NCBI GenBank assembly: GCA_003971905.1
Contig: RSEE01000004.1
Location: 1,240,001 to 1,304,000, forward strand
Origin: Moniliella sp. 'wahieum'
Lineage: Eukaryota
Length of the DNA: 64,000 nt
Direction of reading: 5' to 3'
A program made the translations under genes and the position numbers. The notes under the pieces were generated by a model. It saw only the letters and a list, made by a program, of their open reading frames with translations. It had not been told where the DNA came from and made no database searches. Positions 50,720 through 63,066 of this stretch are shown here, piece after piece (position 1 is the first letter of the stretch; the number at the start of each line of letters is the position of its first letter).

Positions 50720-51469
50720 TCCAGCAGCGATCCGCCCGTGGTTTTGGTTTGGTTGGCTTGACTTCTACCATCCTGCCCTGTGGGCCCCCTTTGTTCTCCG
50801 TCTCTGATATCGTTCATCATGCATCACTCTTTCATTCTTCTCTCCTGTGACTTTTTACGACGAGACGGTACGTGTGTCACCTCCATTCTTTATTCTCCAA
50901 ACTCCCTCCTCCATTCTCCCTTTCCCTTCCCCTTTCCCCTTCCTCGCCATCCCATATCCTCGTTTGTTGTCACGCGTCACGACATGTCCTGCAAGCAGAT
51001 CAAATTGCCCCAATCACACGCTCGATCTCTCTCCACCACGCCTTTCACATGGATAGATCATGCGCCCACGACCGTTCAATGTCTTTTGCACGCGATGTAC
51101 GGCCATGTGACCAGACAGCTCGGTTTGGGGCGTGCCACGGGGTGGACTGTTAGGCCTAGGCCTTATACGGCATCCACTCACGGCTGTACTCTGGTGCCCT
51201 CCCCCTTTCAGGGGATTTCCATTGCAAGCCCGAGTCTCCGGCCTCCGGCCGCCGTCAAGGCCTCAGCGCCTCAGATCTCAGGGTGAAAGGAGATTGCGGG
51301 CCTTGGGGTAGAACGTTTGATCAGTGTTTCGATGTGAGCGTGGGCGGGCTTGAAGCATTTGACGCTTGAAGCGGACGGGATCTTGCTTGGATTGATATTG
51401 ATATTGGTCCATGTTCGGCGGGATTGGCGGGATCGACTGGATCGATCGGACCTGGCTCAACATCCTGCC

Positions 51470-51665
51470 GGATTCAGGATTCAGGATTCAGGATTCATTC
51501 TCAGTCAGCGCTCAGAAGTACTCAGTTACTGAGACTCAGTACTCAGTACACAGTCATACTCAGTGCATATTCAGGTACTCTGGCGTCCGGTACCTGATGG
51601 TATACTCAGTACTCCGGACTCAGTACTTACAGCACTCAGGACTCAGTTCCCTCTGTCCACTCAGC
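51470..51665. repeat. Degenerate repeat patch: (GGATTCA)x4 followed by about 9 ACTCAG(T) words
   Basis: Read directly. Confidence 0.85.
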
Positions 51666-52082
51666 AATCGGTACACTGTGCTTCGTACTCCGATGCTGCT
51701 TACTCCGTACTCCGCCGGCCGGGCTCGTCCTACCCCTCTGGCTCGAGGTGCGAGTGGCATTAGTCACTATCATTGATAGTCACTATTCTAGTCCGATTGC
51801 AGACCTCGGCCAGCGCCCAGCCGCCCAGCCCTGATGCCATTAATGACATGCATAACATGAAGACTCGCGCCTCGCGCCTCGCGCCTCGCGCGACTGACTT
51901 GAAGCTTGAAGCTTGAAGCTGGTTGCTGAGAATCAAGTAGTTGATCAACGAGTCGAAGGAGGAATGATTAATGATGCCTAGGTTAAACAGAACGTAGCTG
52001 CCAGAGCGCTACAAGATCGATTCTGCGTTTCAAGCAAACACTGACGCTCAGCGGCTGACCAACAAAAAGGTATAATAGCATC

Positions 52083-52470
52083 AGCATAGCATAGCATAGC
52101 ATAGAATATCCACCGCGTTTTGCACGATCGTGATCAATCGGAATGGCAATGCTCAGAGCTCAGTACTTGGGGCAAGTGGCAATGCACAGGCCGCATTTTT
52201 TGGGTGGGAGGGGGAGGGGTGCGCGGCTGGATCTCAGGTTCCAGTAAGAAGGATAAAGACAAAGACAAGAAGATAAGATAAGAGAAGGGAGGAGGGAAGG
52301 GAAGGGAAGGAAGGAAGGGAAGGGAAGGGAAGGGAAGGAAAGGGAAGGTCAAAGCCAGATAGAGCACGGGGCGACGACTCAAAAGGCCGAGGGGAAAGGG
52401 CGCAGCAACAGGAACACAAGAAACAAGAAACAAGGGGCGAGAGACGAGAGACGAGAGACGAGAGACGAGG
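52083..52470. repeat. Microsatellite cluster: (AGCAT)n, (GGAAG)n, (GAGACGA)n
   Basis: Read directly at about 52083-52102, 52293-52347 and 52438-52469, in the purine-skewed tract downstream of the - strand cyclin. Confidence 0.85.
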
Positions 52471-53277
52471 GACGAAAAAAGCAAGGGAACAACGAGCCCC
52501 CCAAGGGGAGGCTACGAGTCGTGCAAGGTGGAAGAACAAACGAGAAGCGAGAGTAGGTGAGTACGTGTGGGGGGTGGGGGGGAGCGGGTGGCAGGGCGAA
52601 CAAGGTGTGGACCCATTTCGGCGGCGTTGCGAAATAGGGTGGGAGTAGGGTGGCCCGACGGCGAAGGCCAGCCGCGGTAGGCGAGCGCCCGCTACCCGGA
52701 ACGTGCGTGACCAAGGGGGTTATAGCGCACAGGAGAGAACGCGCACACGGATAGACAAGCACGAAGTGGGACGAACGCGAGACGAGACGAGACGAGACAG
52801 ACGAAAGGAAAGGAGAGACAATGTCCCCAAGGGGTGGTAAACGGTGGAAGAGGTGGGTACGTGAACCGAACCGTGCGAGCGAGATAATAGGGCAGCAGGA
52901 GACAGGAGACACGAGGACAAGAGGACAAGAAGACACGAATCGAGCAGAATAGAGAAAGAGACACAGGGCCCTAGAGCCACACCACAGGGCCCTCGAGACA
53001 GGGAACAATTGAGAGGAAAAGAGAGCAACCAGACGAGCTTAGTAGTAAACTGTACGTGGGGCGCCCCACGCGCCGCGGGGCGCAGGTCCAACGTTTCGAT
53101 CGGCGCAAACTCGCCATCCGCTTTCGTCCGTCCGTCGCGCTCAAGAGGTGGGGGGCAAGGATGCGGCCGGCGTGGCTCGGGGGTAAAGGGGGGTGTGGAC
53201 GTAGCCTGCCTCGGAGGGGGGGGAAGAGGAAGGCGAAGAGGGCGAGGAGGAGGAGGAGCAGGAAGCCGAATCCACCG

Positions 53278-54560
53278 TCATGGGCATGGGCATGGGCATG
53301 GGCACGGGCACGGAATGGGCATGGGCCACATGGGGGTGGGAGTACTAGCCTTTTTGGCACAGGCGGCTTGGGGGAAACCCCAGGCTGGCTCACCCGGACT
53401 AGGCGCAGGCACGTTGGTCAACGACGTGGCATCGGACAACGCTGCGCGCGAGGTGGGCCAAGCCATGCGTCGGGCCGGGTAGCTGCGCACCTCTGTCCCA
53501 TCCGTCGCATGCGAGACGAGAGACTACAAGTCGACTGGTGGGCATGGGCATGGGATCGACCGCCCCCCCTACACCGGGCGGGCGCCGCGGCGAGGAGGAG
53601 GAGCGCGAGGAGCGGGTCATGCTCGTGCTCCCAGCCGCAGCCTCGAGTGCCGAGCGTGGTTGGACCGAGGCGCGGACGGGACGAGGGAAAGTACCAGGGG
53701 GGATCGGTTGGTGCGGCGGCCGTTGGTGGGGGGGGTAGGAGGGACGACTGCTACAGGTGCCACGGGTGGCAGGGGGGTTGGTGGGGTGCCACGGCGGTAG
53801 GGAGGACAGACTGGACGGGGAGGGCAGGCGGAACGCAGAGCGCTTCGAGATACGATGCTGTTCCAAGAGCGCGGCAAAAGACAAGAGCGATTCGGGCGGG
53901 ACGTCGTTGACGCGGTAGTCGAGGAACTGGAACAGTTCCTGTTCCATGGTGGAAATGTCCCGCAGGCTAAACATGCCTTGGCTGACGATGGTCCAGGACT
54001 GATTGGAGTAGGTATCGTCGCAGCTCACCTTGCTGGCCAACATGAGCGCCGAGATAAAGAGGCGGTGGCCGCTGTTTCCGCGCGCGGCAGGGAAGCGCTG
54101 TTTGAGACGCTTGAGCAGGTACAGCGCTTGGTACACCCAGTGTTGGCAGCCGCGTGCGGTGCAGCGCGTAGCAATCAACTGCAACAGCGGGTAGCTCATG
54201 GGCTGGTCGGTCGTGGTGCCGTCCAGGCGGCTGCTAGCGCACGCGCCGCTTGTGCTGGGCGCATCAGCACACGAGACGGGGAGAGTGCTGGGACAGGAAA
54301 GAGGGCAACGAGGACTTGCTGGCATACCTGGGCGATGTCTGGGTGGGGGGGGGGGCAGAGATGGTGGGCGAGTGAGCAAATAGGAGCGGACACAGGATAT
54401 TGGGTGCGGAGAGAGGGAGGGGCGCTTGGAGGGTGGGGGTGGAGGACGTACGTCAAAGCCGTACAGGCTGGGGGGCAGGCAGGGGAGGCGGCGGACGAGG
54501 CGATGGATGATGGGGCGTGTTGGGTGCTGGAGGAAGGCCGCGGGGGGGGAAGGCGGCCAT
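53278..54560 (-). CDS. Pho85-type (Pho80/Pcl family) cyclin
   Basis: Cyclin box ALYLLKRLKQRFPAARGNSGHRLFISALMLASKVSCDDTYSNQSWTIVSQGMFSLRDISTMEQELFQFLDYRVN; ATG at 54560; probable intron about 54339-54451. The 3' end is approximate. Confidence 0.9.
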
Positions 54561-57500
54561 GGTGGTGGTGGTGGTGGTGGTGAGGGGAGGAGACCGGATG
54601 GGGGAGAAGGAGGAGCAGAAGGATGCAGCGATAGACAGCGACGGATGCGCAGCTGACAGGATGGGTGTGAGAAGGCGACGGGGTGCGTCGTGGCACGTGA
54701 CTGGGCCGTGTGGGAGAGGCGACAGAGTGCTCTCCAGAGGGCTGGCGGTGTGCCTGTGCATGTGGGCGTGTCTGTGCCTGTGTCGGCGCTGCATCCACCG
54801 CTGATCACGCATCTGCTGGGCATGGCCCAGCCGTGCTCACCCACACACGGGCAGTGCTGGGGCGTGGCGGGCGAAGTACACTAAAGCTCCGATGCGCGAG
54901 CGGTTGATCGATGGTCTCCTCGTCTCAGATCTCAGATCTCAGATCGTCGGCTGCTGGCCAGCGCGAAGCCCGCAGGACCCGTGCCTGGCCGTGCCTTGCT
55001 GCGAGGCGGGCGCTGCGGGGGTGGGCAGTGTGTGACACGATGTGATGCATGTGATGTGCCTGGCTGCTGATCGATCATGATCATCGATCAGTACCCCGTC
55101 TCCCTACTGAGACTCAGTTGCGCTCGAGCAGTCACTGAGTACCGAGTGAGTACCGAGGTACTGAGTCCGTTGAGTGTGCTCAGAACTCAACCGAGTGGCG
55201 TCGTGGCGTCCCTGCCGCACATCACTCCAGGCTTCCCACTGGCCGCCTGCCTGCCGCTTCTTCACACTGCCCTCAGGCCTCCCGGGTATACATTGGCATC
55301 CCCAGTCTCCACACACCTGCCACTGTCAACAGCGCATTGCCAATCCCACACGCCTTCCGACACACGTCTTCTGACACGCCTTCCGACCCGCCTTCCGAGG
55401 TGCCCCCCGCTTTGTCCTGCAATCCCACACCTGTTCCCACGACAGGCACCTACCCCTGACACTGGCCCAACGCAGCGAGCCGCTGCGTCAAATAGGCATC
55501 CAGCCGGCAAGATTCATACTCAGAACCGGTCGGCACCTTACTTCAAGCTTCAAGCTCTTCAAGTTGAAGCTTCACCAGCCGCTTCTAAGAAGTAAGTAAG
55601 CATCGGGAGGGTAGTGTCGAAAGCCAGGGTGCACAAAATCGGGCACGCTACCTACCGATACGTATAACCATGCGTCACTCAGTACTCACCGAAGGCCCAA
55701 CGCCTAAAAGGCCGATCGGGCAGGACAATCAGCGCATCAGCTGCGCTCGTACATTCAATGCGTTACTCGGTACTCAGTGTGCCCATTTTTCATCCGTTCC
55801 CAAGCCCACATGGCGCGTGACGCTGGCTGGAAGGCTGGGCGCAGGCTACTGCTTGAGTGTGGCGGTGCGTGGGCCTTGTGGTGGACTGGGGCGGGGTCTA
55901 TCCAGTGCTTCGCCGCATCAATGGCGTTTGTTGATATTTAGAGTCTAGAAGTTGAGTTGAACTGTTTTGAACGTTGTGACATGTGACACGTGTCATGTGA
56001 CCGGCCGGTGATGGATGATCGATGATGTCGAAGATGGAGGAGCGAGTGACCGGGTGATCGGACACGCCATCACGGTGACCGGCGAAAGCACCGAGGGGGC
56101 ACGTCAGACGTACATTGAACGTTGAAAGGCTCGACTCCAACCCCCCGCAAGCTGCGAACCCTGACAGAGATGTTCTACATGCACTCACGGCAATACGATT
56201 GCCGTTCCGCGCGACCCCTTCCACTCGCCCCGTGCCATTTTCTTCGTCTTTTCTTCTCGGTCTGGGGTAGCTGGCAGAACAATCAGATGATTCGATTTGA
56301 TATAGACGTTACATCGTATAAACGCTTTTTAGACGTTTGGCAGACGCGTAAGTTTTTTACAGCTGCCTTCTCGATATAACATCCCACCGCACATCAACAT
56401 CCAACACAATGTACTACTAACCGAGGTAGGATGATCGACTCTATTCCTGTGCAAGGGTCAGATCGCAGATGAATCTCAGATCCCAGACCATCGGACGCGG
56501 AGGCCTTCAACAATTCAAGCTTCAAGTCCAACATCCATCCATCCCCGCCCAGCGTGCCCCATCCTTTTCGGGGCCGCGCCGCTGCGTCAACACGTCTGAT
56601 CACTTTCACGCGGGCCGGGAGGTAGGTGGGATGAAACGAAAGGAATGATGCACGGGTCATGTCGTCGGTCATCGAATCGACGTCGGGGGCAACATGGATT
56701 CGGGTTACGACTCAATCTTTTGTCGTGCCAGAGGGGGGCGACATTGCTTTGTTTTATATAGTTTTGTCCACCGGGCCCAATCCCCAAAGTCGTCGATGGC
56801 GGTTTTTGTCTCCTTCCCAGTCTTCTCCCCGTAGTATTGTTACGTTCGTAATCATCCCCAGCGGTCCGTTGGGCCCATGGTTATTACTTGACGGCCGTTT
56901 GAACCCGCCCCGGACGAGACCGCAACTCGAACCGGTAACCGCCGCCAGCCAGCCTTGTGAACCGTCTTTAGTTGATTCGACTTACTTTTCTTGTCCTGCA
57001 GCCCGCTGGGCCTTCCATACGGCGCAACCGCCTCGTCTGCTTCCTCGCCCGAAACACGCTGCCAGGTGAGCATCTCAGCTAGGCGGCCACAGTCCCCATG
57101 AACGTTTATTGAACGGTTGTCCATCCCAATCGTCGCATTGCCCACTACCGGTTTCCTCTCTACTACTTAGCCCCCTTCCCACTGCCCTCCTCATTCTCTT
57201 TGGCCGTCGCGACCCCACGCCCCATGGCCGAAGATGTGCTTGCGGCGCGATACCGGACGCGGCACGACACGGCCATGGGGAACGCGGAGGGAGAGCTCTC
57301 TGGGCCAGAAGGATGCGCGGGGAGGCGGAGGCGACGAGAACGAAGGGGGTGCTGGGGAATGGAGATGTGCCGAGGACGGCATGGGTAGGCTGACTGGGGG
57401 GGCGTCTTAGGGTATGCAATGCAGACGGGACGGGGTAAGAGAAGTAGCGAGACGATCCGCAGTGGGCTGGAGGTAGAGCAAAAGCGGAGAAAGGAGGAGA

Positions 57501-57595
57501 GGAGCAAGGGAAGACAAGGACAGGGAGAGAGGGGAGCAAGAGGGGAGGAGGAAGGGGCAGTCATAAGAATATGTTTGGGTAGTCCAGTCCACCCT

Positions 57596-60500
57596 CTAGA
57601 TCCCCCACTTGGACACTGCACCCTGGACGATGACCGCGTTCCAGTCGGGATCGGATGTGGTGTTGCTTTGCTCGACGATCGTCGCAGCAGGCCTTCCTGG
57701 GTCGCGCGTTTGCGGGTAAGAATGTGGCGCAGCTGCGCGCGGAATTGGCGGAGGCAAGCGTCGGGCGGGGTGGGGCAGCGGCCTGGGTCGAAGCAGGAGG
57801 GTCGGCAGTTACCAGGGCACCCAGGCCGGCCGAGATGAGCTCGACCAGGTTGGTGAGAAAGCGGGCTGGATGGCTGCACGCCCTGCTCAAAGTAGTACAG
57901 GTACTGGTCTAGCGCCGAACAAAAAATCTCCACCCTTGACCGCTCCTCCCGGCAGCTCGTGGCGATCCGCAACGTCTTTTGCAAACAGTCCAACACGCCT
58001 TGCCCATCCCTCACCAGCGGGTGCGGGCCATGCCTAGGCTGCTCCCCCGTCCCGCTCGAGCCGGCTTGCAACGTGTGCAGCGCCGCCTCGGCCACCGCTG
58101 TGCGCCGTCGCTGGCCAGCCGGGGCTAGCGTCACGCCACCTCGGCGCCACCGTACGACTCAGTTTGCCACCAGAGATGGGAGGCCATGAGTACGGCGGTT
58201 GCCTGGTGTGGCTTTTTGAGCAGCCTGGCGCTGTGCAGCGTGGCCTTGGTGATGAGGCGGTCGTAGTTCTCCTGCCCAAACCCACGCGCCGTGTGGAGGG
58301 TGGAGACAATCAAGCTGATCGCCTGCAACTGCGCGCGCGCATCGCGAATCGAGGCTTCGTACACGCTAAACGCCTCGACGTAAAATTCGTATGCCTCCTC
58401 TTCAAACCCACATGCATCGGCACTCTGCGCCACAAGCAGGTATAGGCGCAAGCACAGATCCGATACTTGCCGCGACTCGATCCGCGTGTAGAGCAGGGCA
58501 ATCAGTTGATGCACAAACTTGTACAGTCTCTCCATCTGCGCCCACCCATGCCATCCACCGCCGTCTGTCCTCGCCGGCCGCCGCCACATTTCCTCCAACT
58601 TGAACCGGGCGCCAACTGGACTGCGGCAAAGACGAGCGTGGGAAGCGTGAAGCGGATCCGCTCCCCGCCCTGGAGAAAGTGCCTGCATGCAGTTTGGAGC
58701 AAGACGAATTGAGTCTCTGCATCCTCAGCGCGGAAGAGGTGGACCAAGCGAGCGAGCCAGCCTTGCTCTTCCTGCACCTCGTCCGCCTCGGCCGCCGCCA
58801 CGGGCACAGGCAGCCGCGCCCCGCCGCCTCGCCCTCCCCTCGTGGCGGGACGACCAAGTGTGCGACAGAGCGACAGGATCCCCTCCACATCGTCGGCCGT
58901 CGCGAGCACCGTCTCGGTCTTGAGTGTTGATCGCACCATGGCCTGGGCAATCAGCTTGTGCGTCGCGTACGGCTGGGCAGCGAGAAGGACAGGGAAGTGC
59001 GGGAGAGCAAGCAGGGTGAGCGGGGAGGTGTAGGCTTCAATGGGCAACGTCAGCACCTTGCTCACGTTCTTTTGCGTCTCGTCAGCGAGCAGGAACGGAT
59101 CGTGGGCGTGGGCGTGCAGGTCGAGGTGCGCAGCGGTAAACGCCAACACTTGGTCCACATACTCCAGCCGGTCCGGGTAGCACGACAAGCTCAGTTGCAA
59201 CAGCGATACCAGCAGCGCCGTCACGTCGGGCAACGACAGGTCCGGCCGCGCACGGATCAGGTTCACCCCTGCGCCCAAAACACTTCAAATAACGGCAGGT
59301 TGACTGGCACGCGCGGAACTTCTCTACATTCTCCTCCAGCCCATCCAGCTCCTCAATCGCCAGCGCTGGCACCGACCTTGCCGGCCCCGGCACCACCGCC
59401 CCGACTGAAATCCCGCCCGCATCTCCTGCCCGGCAGGCGAGCCGACCGAACCAGATTCGGCAGGTGGCGCATCCCATTCGGGCGGTATCCTCGGACCATG
59501 CGCCGGCCCTTTCAGGATCAGAGCAGGATGCGCGGCGGGCGAGGCTGGGGCTGGGGCTGTTGGTTGCACAGCTTGGCTCTCCGTCTCCTCCTCCCCTCCA
59601 TGGACATCCCCTTGGCCATGGGTCCCAATGTTGGCTTGGGCCAATTTGTCGGAGGGAGAGGGGGTATCGTGGGTATTGTCAGCAGGCACAGCCACTGTCC
59701 CTGTTCCGTTTTCCCATCCCGATGTGGGAGCGGTTTGGTTGTGGTTGTGGTTTTGGGTTTGGGTTGGGTTTGGCTTGGGCGGGCAGCGGCGCAGTTGACG
59801 GGTTTTGTTGGCTAAGCGCTGGGTGGCCAAACGGCCGCCGGATCTCCTCTGGATCGTCGTTCTCAGCCTCGCGCTGCGCATAGGCCGCAATGCGATTGAT
59901 CAGTGCAATCACAATGTTTTTGATCTTGACTTGGGATGGAGCTTGGAACAGGCTTGGAGGAAAGGCCCGAGGGTGCGGATGTGAAAGTGGTCGGGGAAGA
60001 CTTGGATCACGACTTCCATCAGGTACTCTTGCGCAATCACGTCTCTGCAGTTGACCACCTGCTCCAGAATGGAGGGCAAAATGATTTGCTGGTACAGAGG
60101 CAGCCCCACGCCTTGCAGTTCCGACAGCCGCACGAGGTTGGTACGATGAGGATGCGCAGTTCGCGTCGCTCCGCCTCGCGGCGCTCGCGCTGGCGCGTCG
60201 GGCCTTGGTGCTGCAGACGCACCCACAACTTGTTCATCTCAATAAAGTTGGTCAGCACAAACCCGATCGAGTCCTGTAGGGCCCTGTGGTCCCACCACGG
60301 AGCCCGTCGGCAAGTGGTCCCGCGTCACACCCGACAGGTAGTGCGCAAGAACAACCCCCGCGTCGGGTGCTGCACGCCCCGACTCTCTCCTCATGTCGCG
60401 CATGATTCCTGCACGGGCGCATCGGGAATCGACATGTACACCCGCCCACAGTGATCATCAGGTACAAGCGCGGCACAACGCTGCCGCTGTACTGCACCAG

Positions 60501-60842
60501 CTCGTATACCTCGGCCAGATGATGGCGGCCATCGAGATGCGCGTCGCGGAGGTAGGCGGATATGGCGGAGTGCATCAAACACCGGCACGTCTGCGGGGGC
60601 CGGGGAGACAGGCAGGTCAGCGGGGAGCCAAGCAGACGCGCACGTCGAACGTCGATGCAGGACATACACAGGTCGTAGTACGCCTTGGGCGACAGGGCCG
60701 AGGTGCGCAGCTGGGCAAGCATGGTGCTGGCGGCCTTGAGCGCGTCCATGAGCTGGTCTGCATCCAGGCAGTGCACCATCTGCGCCAGCTGGATGCGGAT
60801 GGCATGCGTGGCCTCGGCGATGGCCTGCGCGGCATCGTCCAT
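57596..60842 (-). CDS. VPS35: Retromer subunit Vps35
   Basis: [147 protein letters not shown]. Confidence 0.97.
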
Positions 60843-61919
60843 GGCGGTTGGCGAGGCGGAGCGACGCACGCCGGGGTAGCCTGGACGACACCCGACCAGG
60901 CCAGCCGGCGGGGGTCTCGGGCCCTAGGGTTGTGGAATGAAATGTTCAGGCTGCGGCTAGGTTTAAGTACTGCTTTGCCCAGGGGAAGGGATGCGCTGCT
61001 GGCGTTGCCTCTTCGCAGCAGCAACCAAGGCAAGCAGCGCTCCCATCCTGTCTTCCGACAGCGCTCATCTCCGCCTGGTAGGACACTTATGGCCTTGGTC
61101 CGCACCAGTAACGCGGCGGACAGCCTAAGGCCACCGCACAGTCGAGCCGGGGAATGCAACCCAATCGGTGTCGTCGTTTGGGACTGAGGCGTTGCTCAAC
61201 ACCAAAACCTGAAGCGAAGAATCGCAACGGTGTCGAATCCGATCCGCTTCCCCTTGTAGATTTGCCACTTCATTACCTGACCTATGTGCTACCCCCACCT
61301 CGTTTGTATCAGAGCCAGTGCTGAACCCTGGGCCGCTCGCTCCGCTCCCCTCTCCCTCCGCTACCCAGCCAAGGAAAGCGGAAGAGGCACATGGCTTACT
61401 ACCTGGTGTTGCAGTTGCGCGCATCTGCACGAATTGAAGCTCGAGAACGCCAGAGACTTGGGGGACCAATTTAAGCGCGCCTACTTTCACGGTACACATT
61501 CCCTTCCTCCTAAGGTCGGGCGCTACCCCGGCCACCACTGTAGCCACCAGCCCAGCACACGCAGCTCTCCACCTGCCAGCCTTCTCCAGGGAAGAACCCC
61601 CAACGGAACCCCCTCTTTCCCCTTCCGATCGTCCCGCACGGGTTCCTCCAGGGCTGCGGAGACGTGCCAACAAGTTGCCCTGAAGCAAGTAAGCGCAGAG
61701 AGGTCCGTCGAGGCCAAACCAACCCGGGGGCGATGCGAAAACACAGCCACAGTCATCTACCCACCGCCTTGCCGCTCATACTGGGTCCGCGCAAGTCATG
61801 CTTGCTTCCCCCTTCGGCGTCGGCAGTGGCCAAGCTGGCGCCTTGTTGGGGCACGGTGTGCATCGAAGGGCAAAACGACATGGCCGATGCATAGGCTTGC
61901 ATGCAGCGCAGGGCATAAA

Positions 61920-61990
61920 GGGCGGATAGCTCAGGGGTAGAGCGCTTGCTTAGCATGCATGAGGTCCGGGTTCAATTCCCTGTTCGTCCA
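61920..61990 (+). tRNA. tRNA-Ala(AGC), no intron
   Basis: Acceptor GGGCGGA/TTCGTCC with the G3:U70 alanine identity pair, D stem GCTC/GAGC, anticodon loop TT-AGC-AT, T loop TTCAATT, T6 run just downstream. The T stem appears one base short (probable homopolymer error). Confidence 0.92.
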
Positions 61991-62244
61991 CTCTTTTTTG
62001 AACGCAAACACGCGGCAACAATCCCTTTCCTTTTGCGCCAAGCGTCGGGAGGGACTGCCGGGGTCAGGTCACGCGTCACGAGGATCTGCGTGACGTACCG
62101 TGGCGTACGTGTGACGGGTAACGTGGCCGGAATCCAAGCGACTGGCTGAGGGGCGCAGGGCGCGTGCCCTCAATCTATCACATATCACACCGGCAGCGGG
62201 GCCTCGGCAATTGGGTGGGGCCTGCTGGGGCTCTGGGCTGGGCT

Positions 62245-62293
62245 GCCTCAGCCTCAGCGCTCAGCCTCAGCGCTCAGCCTCAGCGCTCAGCCT
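62245..62293. repeat. 13-bp repeat GCCTCAGCGCTCA x3 with flanking partial units
   Basis: Read directly. Confidence 0.9.
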
Positions 62294-63066
62294 GGCATGC
62301 CACACGACGCTGGGGGGACACAGACACACTGCCTGGCCGGGCGCCATGTCTGCCTACCTGCCCATGCGGCATGTGGCCGACGACCGGCTTGCTCCAACAG
62401 GCAGGAGTGGTCGGCTCGAATCTTGGAACGCTGCAGGCACCGCAGCGCACAGCAGCGCTTGGCTGCACAGCCGCTCAGCACCAGCTCTGCAATTTCAAAT
62501 GCTTCGCTGCCTCTGCGCAGCTCGGCGGCCGGGCCGACTGGGATCCCCCTCGGGTACGCAGGGTCGGGCACAGCACCAGTCTCCCCCCGCATTTCACAGA
62601 TCTTCTCTTCTGGCTCGCGTATCCCGCCTCACGCGTCACGCCTCTGGAAGCGCTAATAAGCGCAAAGCCCTGAGTAAGCGCAGGCCAGCGCAGGCCCACG
62701 CAGTGCCACGCCGAACCCGCCTTCGCTTCCTGTTCGGGCAACAGCCGAGTGTGAGCCGTGTTTCGCACGCAGCCATCACCCATCGCCAATGCATCATCCT
62801 CCAGCCTCCATCCTGCCGCCAACTTGTTCCCCGCCTGTTTCATCTGCTCCCTCGATTCGTCCACGCGCTCGTCCGTCTCGACCACCATCCCTCTCTCTTT
62901 CTTCCTCCCCTCGCCCCCCTCATCCCCGCGTCCGTGCTGGCCACCGCGCATCTTGGCCTCTGCCTGCTACACCCTCCTCTTCCACCCACCCACCGCACCT
63001 GCTGATCGATCGCTGGCCGACCGCTCGCTCGCCCTTCCTCCTCTACAGCCCCCCCCCCCCCCCACC

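Noticed and set aside
52134..53091. Hydrophobic-looking - strand ORFs
   Set aside because: They are translations of pyrimidine-rich microsatellite sequence in the probable 3' region of the cyclin gene.
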